Source: Thermoplasmata archaeon
GTDB lineage: Archaea > Thermoplasmatota > Thermoplasmata > Lutacidiplasmatales > UBA184
Length of the DNA: 64,000 bases
NCBI GenBank assembly: GCA_046704665.1
Contig: JBJKRJ010000057.1
Span: 12,030-76,029, forward strand
Direction: 5' to 3'
This document shows positions 28,714 through 36,469 of this stretch, piece by piece. The translations under genes were made by a program, and so were the position numbers. The notes beneath the pieces were generated by a model. It saw nothing but the letters and a program-made list of their open reading frames with translations. It was not told the origin of the DNA and did no database searches. Within the stretch, counting starts at the first letter, position 1. The number at the start of each line of letters is the position of its first letter.

Positions 28714-30123
28714 ATGGCGCAGGCGGGTGACATCGCTCCCATCGATTTCTCTCGGTACGACTTCAAGAATCCCGAGACCTACCGGCTGCGGATCCCGAAG
28801 GGTCTCTCCCGGGACGTCGTCGCGCAGATCTCGAAGTTCAAGAACGAGCCGGACTGGATGCTCGAGTACCGGCTTCGCGCCTACGACCACTTCGTCGAGC
28901 GGGCGATGCCCGACTGGGGACCCAGTCTCTCGGACATCGATTTCGACGCCTACACCTACTACGCGAACCCCCTGCTCGAGGGGGAGACCAAGCGGAAGTG
29001 GGAGGACCTTCCGGCCGACATCAAGAACACCTTCGACAAGCTCGGGATCCCGAAAGCGGAACGGGAGTTCTTCGGCGGCGTCGGCGCCCAGTACGACAGC
29101 GGTACCGTCTACCACAAGATCCGCGAGGACCTCTCCGCGAAGGGTGTCATCTTCTGCGACACCGACACCGCGGTGCGGGAGCATCCCGACATCGTCCGCA
29201 AGTACTTCGGGAAGATCGTTCCGTACAACGACAACAAGTTCTCGGCCCTCAACAGCGCGGTCTGGTCCGGGGGCAGCTTCGTCTACGTTCCGCCCGGCGT
29301 CGACGCGGGCATCCCGCTCCAGGCGTACTTCCGCATCAACGCGAAGAACGTGGGCCAGTTCGAGCGGACGCTGATCATCGCCGACCAGGGGGCCAAGGTG
29401 CACTACCTCGAGGGATGCACGGCACCGATTTACTCGACCGACTCCTTGCACGCGGCCGTCGTGGAGGTAGTGGCCGAGCCGAACGCGCGTCTGCGGTACA
29501 CCACGGTCCAGAACTGGTCGAAGAACGTCTACAACCTCGTCACGAAGCGCGCGGTCGCCTACGAGAACGCGCTCGTCGAGTGGGTCGACGGCAACATGGG
29601 CTCGAAGGTGACGATGAAGTACCCGTCGGTCTACCTTCGCGGCCGGGGCGCCCGGGCCGACATCCTCTCGGTCGCGTTCGCGAGCGAGGGGCAGGTCATC
29701 GATTCCGGTGCGAAGGCCGTCCACTCCGCCGCGGACACCTCCAGCAAGATCATCTCGAAGTCGATCGCGATCCGGGGGGGCCAGACGAGCTACCGCGGCC
29801 TGCTCCACGTCGCGCCCGGGGCGACCGGGGTCAAGGCGGCCGTCCGCTGCGACGCGCTCCTTCCCGACGAACGGGGCCGTTCGGACACCTACCCCTACAA
29901 CGAGATCCACGAAGAGGACGCCACGATCACGCACGAAGCGGTCGTCGGGAAGATCGGCGAGGAGCAGATCTTCTATCTGATGAGCCGCGGACTCTCCGAG
30001 TCCGATGCGATCCACCTGATCCTGATGGGATTCCTCGCGGAGTTCTCGAAGGAGCTTCCCGTCGACTACGCCCTCGAGCTGAACCGATTGATCCAGCTCG
30101 AGATGATCGGCGCGGTCGGGTAG
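28714..30123 (+). CDS. sufB: Fe-S cluster assembly protein SufB
   Basis: 469 aa. The SufB/SufD domain includes ...LIIADQGAKVHYLEGCTAP... and the C-terminal ...FYLMSRGLSESDA... motif. Confidence 0.9.
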   Translation: MAQAGDIAPIDFSRYDFKNPETYRLRIPKGLSRDVVAQISKFKNEPDWMLEYRLRAYDHFVERAMPDWGPSLSDIDFDAYTYYANPLLEGETKRKWEDLPADIKNTFDKLGIPKAEREFFGGVGAQYDSGTVYHKIREDLSAKGVIFCDTDTAVREHPDIVRKYFGKIVPYNDNKFSALNSAVWSGGSFVYVPPGVDAGIPLQAYFRINAKNVGQFERTLIIADQGAKVHYLEGCTAPIYSTDSLHAAVVEVVAEPNARLRYTTVQNWSKNVYNLVTKRAVAYENALVEWVDGNMGSKVTMKYPSVYLRGRGARADILSVAFASEGQVIDSGAKAVHSAADTSSKIISKSIAIRGGQTSYRGLLHVAPGATGVKAAVRCDALLPDERGRSDTYPYNEIHEEDATITHEAVVGKIGEEQIFYLMSRGLSESDAIHLILMGFLAEFSKELPVDYALELNRLIQLEMIGAVG

Positions 30124-30167
30124 ATCGCCCCCCGTGGGGGCCGCTCCTACGCGCTCCTCCGCGGAGC

Positions 30168-31562
30168 TCACCGGAGCTTGGTGTCGAACCGCCACTCGGG
30201 GCTCGTGTCGGTCCCCGTGACGGAGAGCGCCGGCAGCGCCGGGAAGTGGCCCGGCTCCCAGACCACGTCGCGTCCCTCCCAGCGGCTCGCGAGCGTCGGG
30301 TACAGGATCTCCCGTAGCCCCGAGATCGGGGCCCGCTCGTGCACGTAGGAAAGGAAGCCTTCTCCGATCATCCGGACCGCATCGTCCCGGGACATCCCGC
30401 GCGACTCGAGGTAGAAGACCTTCTCCGGGTCGACCGGGGCGACGGACGTCGAATGGGTCGCCTTCACGTCGCGGCAGAGGATCTCGAGGATCGGGATCGT
30501 GTCGGACCGTGCGCCGCGGGAGAGCAGCATCGCATGCTCGGAAACGTAGGCGACCGTCTTGTTCGCGCTCGGCTCGATGCGGACGAGCCCCCGGCTCATG
30601 CCCCGGGCCTGGTCGGTGAAGACCCCGCGCGTGATCGACTGGGCGTGGGTGTCGGTACCGACGTGGGTCACGTCGACCGAACTGTCGTACGACTGGTCCC
30701 TCGCCCCATAGAACGTCTGCAGGTCGTCGGCGGCCGACCCCTGGCCGGCCATCGTCGTATGGTTGCGCACCCGCGTGCGGAAGCCGCCGAGGCCGTTCCA
30801 GATCCAGGCGAGCCGGGCGTCGGCCCCCACGGTGGCGTCCCGACGGTAGACCGAGACGGTCCGCAGGTCCGGCGCATGAAGCGTGAGGTAGGCGACCTTC
30901 GAGCGGACACCGAGGTCGAGGTCGGTCGCCGATGCGTAGAGTCGCTGGCCGTCCGGAACCGGCGAGGTCGAGTAGGCCTCTTCGGTCAGGAGGACCTGGG
31001 TCTCGGCCCCGGCCCGGACCGAGCGACGGACCGAGATCGCCTCGTGGGGACGGGAGAGTACGGTGAACTCCTGCACGCGGATCGGCGCGGCGTGACCGTC
31101 CGGTACCTCGAGCCGGTACCCTCGGTTCAGGAGGGTCATCGCGAGAGCGGAGAGCCGGTCCTCGAACGACTCGGATCCCCGGAGGAACGCGGCCAGCTTG
31201 CCGTCCGACGCATTCCAGAGCTCGGAGAGCGTTTCGACCCTGACCCCGGCCGCGCGCAGCCCCTCGGGCAGGTCGACCCGGGTGCCCGACGCGTCGTGCA
31301 CGACCCGGAGCGCGCCGGGGAGCGCGGGGGGAAGTTCGACGGGAGAGGAACCGAGCTCAAGGTCGATCCCGGCCAGGTCGACGCCGGCGAAGTAGCCGTA
31401 GCCCCGGTAGAGCGGGTTCGGCTCGAGCGGGAGTTCTCGGAATCGCTCATACGATTCGACCCGTCGGCGGCCGAACGGCGCGGGATCGCCGAGCTCCCGG
31501 GAGAGCGCACGCACCTGCTCGAAGGAGAGCCAGTCCCGGAACCGTGGTGCCGCGGAAGCCAT
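30168..31562 (-). CDS. sufD: Fe-S cluster assembly protein SufD
   Basis: SufB/D fold (…KVFYLESRGMSRDDAVRMIGEGF…). The start is set at MASAAPRFRDW (ATG 31560-31562), 26 nt downstream of a TATA box. It is convergent with sufB. Confidence 0.8.
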   Translation of the reverse strand: MASAAPRFRDWLSFEQVRALSRELGDPAPFGRRRVESYERFRELPLEPNPLYRGYGYFAGVDLAGIDLELGSSPVELPPALPGALRVVHDASGTRVDLPEGLRAAGVRVETLSELWNASDGKLAAFLRGSESFEDRLSALAMTLLNRGYRLEVPDGHAAPIRVQEFTVLSRPHEAISVRRSVRAGAETQVLLTEEAYSTSPVPDGQRLYASATDLDLGVRSKVAYLTLHAPDLRTVSVYRRDATVGADARLAWIWNGLGGFRTRVRNHTTMAGQGSAADDLQTFYGARDQSYDSSVDVTHVGTDTHAQSITRGVFTDQARGMSRGLVRIEPSANKTVAYVSEHAMLLSRGARSDTIPILEILCRDVKATHSTSVAPVDPEKVFYLESRGMSRDDAVRMIGEGFLSYVHERAPISGLREILYPTLASRWEGRDVVWEPGHFPALPALSVTGTDTSPEWRFDTKLR

Positions 31563-31584
31563 TGGATTTAGACACTCGGATGTG

Positions 31585-31591
31585 TTTATAA
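31585..31591 (-). promoter_or_regulatory. Archaeal TATA box (tttataa, palindromic) 26 nt upstream of the sufD ATG
   Basis: The box gtgtttataacttg is centred at 31588; the sufD start codon is at 31562. Confidence 0.5.
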
Positions 31592-31689
31592 CTTGAACGG
31601 CGCGACGGCGGTTCTGAGGGGAGTTCTCCCAGCCCCGGGCCCGGCGGTACCGGAAGTCTCGGTCGAGGAGCGCCGGCCCGGCCGACAGG

Positions 31690-32820
31690 GTGATTCCCTG
31701 GACCCGCATCGGGGCGCGCATGGACGTCGACCTGCCCGGACCCGAGCGGCCGGAACCGCCGTACGGACGAACCGGCCATCCGTACTTCCTCTACGACATG
31801 ATACGATCCCAGCCGTCCGCGGTCCGCACCACCGTGCGGGCGACGGAGCAGGCCGTCGCCGAGTTCCCGGCGCCTCCCTCCGATCGGCCGCTCCTGTTCG
31901 TCGGGATGGGAACCTCGTTCCACGCGGCGCGCGCCTGCGCATGGGCCGCCGGGGAGGCGTTTGATTACCGGCAGCCGGTGCGGGCCATCGACTCCTTCGA
32001 TCTCCTCCTCGAGCCGACACTGGTCCGCCGCGCCGGGATGGCGGTCGTGTTCTCCTCCTCCGGCGAGACCGCCCTTACCCAGAGGGCGCAGTCCGCGCTC
32101 CGCGCCGCAGGCGTGCCCCAGGTGCTCCTCACGGGGAGCGAGCGCAGCCGCTCGGTCGAACTGGCCGACCGGGTCGTCCTCACGAAGGAAGCGGTCGAGA
32201 AGGCCTGGGTGCACACGGTGAGCTTCACGACCGCGATCGCCGCGGGCCTCACCCTCCTCTCCCGCTGGTCCGGGAGCCCCTCCCTCGCTCCCCGGGAGGT
32301 CGACCGGCCGCTCTCCTCGGTCGTCGATCGGGACGACGACTGGCACCGCCTCGCGGACCGGCTCGAGGACCGATCGAAGTTCCTCCTGCTCGGGAGCGGG
32401 CCGGCGAACGCGACCGTGCGCGAGGCGTCGCTCAAGCTGCGGGAAGGCGCCGCCCGGTTCGTTGCGGCGTGCGGGGTCGAAGAGTTCCTGCACGGGACCC
32501 TTCCCTCGATCGACGCCGATCGGACCGCCGTGCTCGCGGTCGCCACGACCCCGCTCGACCGACGGAGGGCCGCGACCGCCCTCCGCTCCGCGGCGCGCGC
32601 GGGGGCGAAGACCGCCCTGCTCGCCCGTGGACCCCCCGACCGGGAAGCCGAGCTCGCGTTCGAGCTTCCCCCGGTCGCCCTCGCCGCGAGCCCGATCGTC
32701 GACATCGTGCCGTTCCAGCTGCTCACGTACCGGCTCGCACTTGCCGCCGGTCGCAACCCGGACGTGATGGGATACGATGACCCACGGATCTTCGCCGCCC
32801 GCGAGATGTACGGCATCTGA
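31690..32820 (+). CDS. SIS-domain sugar-phosphate isomerase (GlmS C-terminal-like; glucosamine-6-phosphate deaminase or AgaS family)
   Basis: There are two SIS repeats (…LLFVGMGTSFHAA…, …FLLLGSGPANATVREASLKLREGA…) and no glutaminase domain. Confidence 0.7.
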   Translation: MIPWTRIGARMDVDLPGPERPEPPYGRTGHPYFLYDMIRSQPSAVRTTVRATEQAVAEFPAPPSDRPLLFVGMGTSFHAARACAWAAGEAFDYRQPVRAIDSFDLLLEPTLVRRAGMAVVFSSSGETALTQRAQSALRAAGVPQVLLTGSERSRSVELADRVVLTKEAVEKAWVHTVSFTTAIAAGLTLLSRWSGSPSLAPREVDRPLSSVVDRDDDWHRLADRLEDRSKFLLLGSGPANATVREASLKLREGAARFVAACGVEEFLHGTLPSIDADRTAVLAVATTPLDRRRAATALRSAARAGAKTALLARGPPDREAELAFELPPVALAASPIVDIVPFQLLTYRLALAAGRNPDVMGYDDPRIFAAREMYGI

Positions 32821-32890
32821 GCGGGCGGGACCGGCGCGGTCGGTCCGCTAGGCACCGGCACCGCGGCCCCGACCGGCAGCGTCGTTGCGC

Positions 32891-34270
32891 TCAGCGCGCC
32901 CGCTTCGGACGGAATCGCGCCGTGAAGTGGGGGAGGCGCTCCGGGCGGTACGACATCTCGTAGCCTCCGATCGACGACCTCCGCGCGTAGACCCGGGCGA
33001 TGACGTCCGCGACGTAGGCGAGGTGGCTCGCCGTGTAGGTGCGCCGGGGGATCGCGAGCCGCACCAGTTCGAGCGAGCGGCCCGTGCCGTCCGGTCCCGG
33101 CGGGAACATGATCGACCCGATCTCGACCGATCGCACCCCTCCCTCGCGATAGATCTCGACGGTGAGCGCCTGGCCCGGAAGGTCGTCGGTCGCGAGGTGG
33201 GGAAGGAACCGGCCGACGTCGAGGTAGACCCCGTGCCCCCCGGCCGGACGGAGGATCGGGACGCCGGCCCGCTCGAGCCGCTCGGCAAGGAACTGTACCT
33301 GGCCGATCCGGTGGTCGAGGTAGTCGAGGTCCATCGCCTCCTCGAGCCCGACCGCGATCGCTTCGAGGTCCCGGCGGGCGAGGCCGCCGTACGTCGGGAA
33401 CCCTTCGTAGAGGATCAGGCTCTCCTTCATGCGGTCGGCGAGCGTCGCGTCCCGGGTCGCCACGAACCCGCCGATGTTGACGAGCCCGTCCTTCTTGGCG
33501 CTCATGGTCGCGCCGTCGGCGAGATCGAAGAACGCCCGCCCGATCTCGGCGATCGACTTCGACTCCATCCCCGGCTCCCTTCGGCGGACGAAATAGGCGT
33601 TCTCCGCCCAGCGGCACATGTCGAGGTAGACCGGGATCCGGTGGGCCCGGGCCAGTCGCGCGACCTCGCGGAAGTTCGCGAGAGCGACCGGTTGGCCGCC
33701 GCCGGTGTTGTTCGTGATCGTGACCATGACGAGCGGGATGCGGTCCGCCTGCTCCCGGTCGAGGAGCGCCTCGAGCGCCCCGAGGTCCATGTTCCCCTTG
33801 AACGGGAAGTCGCTCTCGAGGTCGTACGCCTCCGGGCCGGCGAGGTTGACCGGCGTCGCCCCCTGGTGGACGACGTGGGCCTGGGTCGTGTCGAAGTGCA
33901 TGTTGTTCGGGATGATCGTCCCGGGACGCGCGAGGGCCTCGAACAGGAGGTGTTCGGCCGCCCGGCCCTGGTGCGTCGGGAGGATGTAGGGAAAGCCGGT
34001 GATCGACCGGACGGTCGCTTCGAAGCGGGCGAAGTTCCGGCTCCCGGCGTAGGTCTCGTCCCCGACCATGAGCGCCGCCCACTGGCGATCGCTCATCGCC
34101 CCGGTACCGGAGTCGGTGAGAAGATCGATGCGGATGTCGTCGGAGCGCAGGTTGAACAGGTTGAAGTGGGCCCGCTCGAGGGCCCGGTCCCTCTCCTCCC
34201 GTGACGGATTGGGCAGGTGCTCGACGACCTTGACTCGGTACGGTTCGAACGGAAGCTCGGGAGCCCTCAC
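32891..34270 (-). CDS. tnaA: Tryptophanase / tyrosine phenol-lyase (beta-eliminating lyase family)
   Basis: …PEPFRVKVVEHLP… at the N-terminus, the PLP-Lys region …SAKKDGLVNIGG… and an overall length of 459 aa match TnaA/TPL. A GTG start sits 26 nt from a TATA-like box. Confidence 0.8.
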   Translation of the reverse strand: MRAPELPFEPYRVKVVEHLPNPSREERDRALERAHFNLFNLRSDDIRIDLLTDSGTGAMSDRQWAALMVGDETYAGSRNFARFEATVRSITGFPYILPTHQGRAAEHLLFEALARPGTIIPNNMHFDTTQAHVVHQGATPVNLAGPEAYDLESDFPFKGNMDLGALEALLDREQADRIPLVMVTITNNTGGGQPVALANFREVARLARAHRIPVYLDMCRWAENAYFVRRREPGMESKSIAEIGRAFFDLADGATMSAKKDGLVNIGGFVATRDATLADRMKESLILYEGFPTYGGLARRDLEAIAVGLEEAMDLDYLDHRIGQVQFLAERLERAGVPILRPAGGHGVYLDVGRFLPHLATDDLPGQALTVEIYREGGVRSVEIGSIMFPPGPDGTGRSLELVRLAIPRRTYTASHLAYVADVIARVYARRSSIGGYEMSYRPERLPHFTARFRPKRAR

Positions 34271-34468
34271 GATGGCGGCGAACGGCGCCCGGTATTTGAC
34301 CCGCGCGCGCCCCGACGCAGTTCCGCGCCTCGTGGCGGCGTACCCTCGCGGACGGGAGCGCTCGTGCGCCTTCGGGCCGTTCCGGCCCGTGCGTCACGCC
34401 GCATCGCCGGCCGCGCTGCACCGAGACCTTTAGTACCGCCCGCGGGCTAGCCGGATCGAGGACGACCC

Positions 34469-34861
34469 ATGGCCTGGGACATGTACCAGGAGATCATTCT
34501 CCAGCACTATCGTTCGCCGAGGAACTTCGGCCCGCTGGAGGGAGCGGACCATGAGGGGGAGGAGTCGAATCCGCTCTGCGGCGACCATATCACGATCCGT
34601 CTGAAGGTCGATCCGTCGACCCAGAAGATCGATGCCGTGAAGTTCGACGGGGACGGCTGCGCGATCAGTGTCGCGAGCAGCTCGATGCTCACCGAGAAGC
34701 TCCAGGGGCTGACGCTGGAGGCCGCGGGAAAGCTGACCCGCGACGATGTCCTCCAGATGCTGGGGATCCCCCTCTCTCCGATCCGCGTGAAGTGTGCGCT
34801 GACCGGCTTCTCCGCCCTCGGTCGAGCGCTCCACCCGGAAGCGGTCACGGCCGCCCCGTAG
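34469..34861 (+). CDS. sufU: SufU / NifU-N-like Zn-dependent sulfur transfer protein
   Basis: NPLCGDHITIRLKVD...FDGDGCAISVASSSML...VKCALTG has the three conserved Cys and the SufU-type insertion. Confidence 0.8.
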   Translation: MAWDMYQEIILQHYRSPRNFGPLEGADHEGEESNPLCGDHITIRLKVDPSTQKIDAVKFDGDGCAISVASSSMLTEKLQGLTLEAAGKLTRDDVLQMLGIPLSPIRVKCALTGFSALGRALHPEAVTAAP

Positions 34862-34890
34862 AGCGCCCGGAAGGACGCGATCGTTCCCCC

Positions 34891-35091
34891 ATGGTCGTCG
34901 CGGTCGACGAGGACATCTGCGTCCTCTGCGGCCTGTGTACCGGGGTCTGTCCCCCCAACGCGCTCGAGCTGACGCCGAGGCGTCTCGTGGTCCTCCCGAA
35001 CTGCACCGGGTGCGGCTGGTGCGTGCCGTACTGTCCGGTCGGCGCGATCTCGGGGGGCCGACCGGTCCGAGGCCGGTCCCGTACGACCTGA
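34891..35091 (+). CDS. Small 2x[4Fe-4S] ferredoxin
   Basis: CVLCGLCTGVCP and CTGCGWCVPYCP motifs. The internal ATG at 34891 was chosen within track ORF 34792-35091. Confidence 0.6.
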   Translation: MVVAVDEDICVLCGLCTGVCPPNALELTPRRLVVLPNCTGCGWCVPYCPVGAISGGRPVRGRSRTT

Positions 35092-35293
35092 GCGACGAGG
35101 ACCGGCGCCCCGGCCCGGGTCGGGTGGGGCGGCGTTCAAGCTGTCTCGGGCCGGCCGTGGATCGGGCAGGGACGTCTCAAGCGGCAGAAGCGGCACTTCT
35201 CCCGCCGTACCGGCGGGATCGGCTTCTGCATCCGGCCGTACTTCCGACGAGGCATCGGGGTCGGGCCGCGGAGGCGGTGCGTCGGATTTCACG

Positions 35294-36469
35294 ATGGCGC
35301 GTGCCGGTACGGTCCTCTCGGGCGGGGGTGGAGCTTTTCTAGCTCCGTGTGCCCACCGACGCGTGCCGGCCCTACCGGGGCGGGCGACGGTGGAAGGGAC
35401 CTCCCGCTTCCGGGAACGGGGGGTGAACGACCGTCGCCTTCCGTCCGAGCATTTCCGCGAGGCGCCGGCCGGCCTCTACCTGAGCTCGATCGGTCTCGGC
35501 ACGTACATCGGCCCCCCGGACTCGGCCACGGACCGGGCCGTCGAGCAGGCCGTTCAGATCTGCGTCTCCTCCGGTCGGGTGAACGTCCTCGACACCGCGA
35601 TCAACTACCGCTACCAGCGCGCGGAACGCAGCATCGGTCGCGTGCTCTCGCTCCTCGTGCACGATGGCCGGGTCGCACGGGAGGAGCTGTTCCTGGCCAC
35701 GAAGAACGGCTACCTTGCCCCGGACGGTGAGGCGAAGGTCCCTTCCCAGCAGTGGATCGAGGACGAGCTCGTCCGGCCCGGCCACCTCGACCCGAACGAC
35801 ATCGTGGACGGCTGCCACGCGATGAGCCCTTCGTACCTCCGGGACCAGTTCGCGCGGAGCCGCGCCAATCTGGGCGTGGAAACGATCGATCTTCTCTACC
35901 TCCACAACGCCGCCGACGCCCAGATCCCGTCGGTCGGTCGGGCCCGGTTCCTGGAGCGGCTCGAGGAGGCGTTCCGGCTCTACGAAGGGTTCCGCGACGA
36001 CGGAACGCTCGGTGCCTATGGGCTCGCGACGTGGGACAGCCTGCGCGAACCCCGCTCGCGCCCGGGCTACCTCTCGCTCGAGGAGGTCGTCCGGGTCGCA
36101 CGGAAGGTGGGCGGCGCGGACCACGGCTTCCGCTTCGTGCAGTTCCCGTTCAACCTCGCGATGCCGGAGGCCGCGAAGCTCGCCAACCAGCCGGTTGACG
36201 GAGAACTCTTCGACCTCTTCGCCGCCGCCCGTAAGCTCGAGGTCGCTCCGTTCACGAGCGTGCCGCTCTTCCAGGGACAGCTCGCTCGGGCCGGTCCGAA
36301 GCGGGACGGCCTCACCGCGGCGCAGACCGCGCTTCAGTTCGCGCGATCGGCACCCGGGAACATCGCAGCGCTGGTGGGCCAGAAGACCACCGAGCACCTC
36401 TCCGAGAACCTCGAGGTGGCAAGCCATCGACCCTGGACGGTCGAGAGCTACCGCGGGCTGCTGGCGTGA
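35294..36469 (+). CDS. Aldo/keto reductase
   Basis: …LGTYIGPP…VNVLDTAINYRYQRAERSIG… is the AKR catalytic tetrad region. The start is uncertain and may be a GTG near 35423. Confidence 0.75.
   Translation: MARAGTVLSGGGGAFLAPCAHRRVPALPGRATVEGTSRFRERGVNDRRLPSEHFREAPAGLYLSSIGLGTYIGPPDSATDRAVEQAVQICVSSGRVNVLDTAINYRYQRAERSIGRVLSLLVHDGRVAREELFLATKNGYLAPDGEAKVPSQQWIEDELVRPGHLDPNDIVDGCHAMSPSYLRDQFARSRANLGVETIDLLYLHNAADAQIPSVGRARFLERLEEAFRLYEGFRDDGTLGAYGLATWDSLREPRSRPGYLSLEEVVRVARKVGGADHGFRFVQFPFNLAMPEAAKLANQPVDGELFDLFAAARKLEVAPFTSVPLFQGQLARAGPKRDGLTAAQTALQFARSAPGNIAALVGQKTTEHLSENLEVASHRPWTVESYRGLLA

Noticed and set aside
27135-30195. 543-aa and 495-aa minus-strand ORFs antisense to sufS and sufB
   Set aside because: SufS and SufB carry unambiguous signatures on the plus strand, so the antisense ORFs are GC artefacts.
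31965-34421. 818-aa minus-strand ORF spanning SIS and tnaA
   Set aside because: It runs antisense to the SIS isomerase and is a different frame from tryptophanase. Its composition is Arg/Pro/Gly-dominated.
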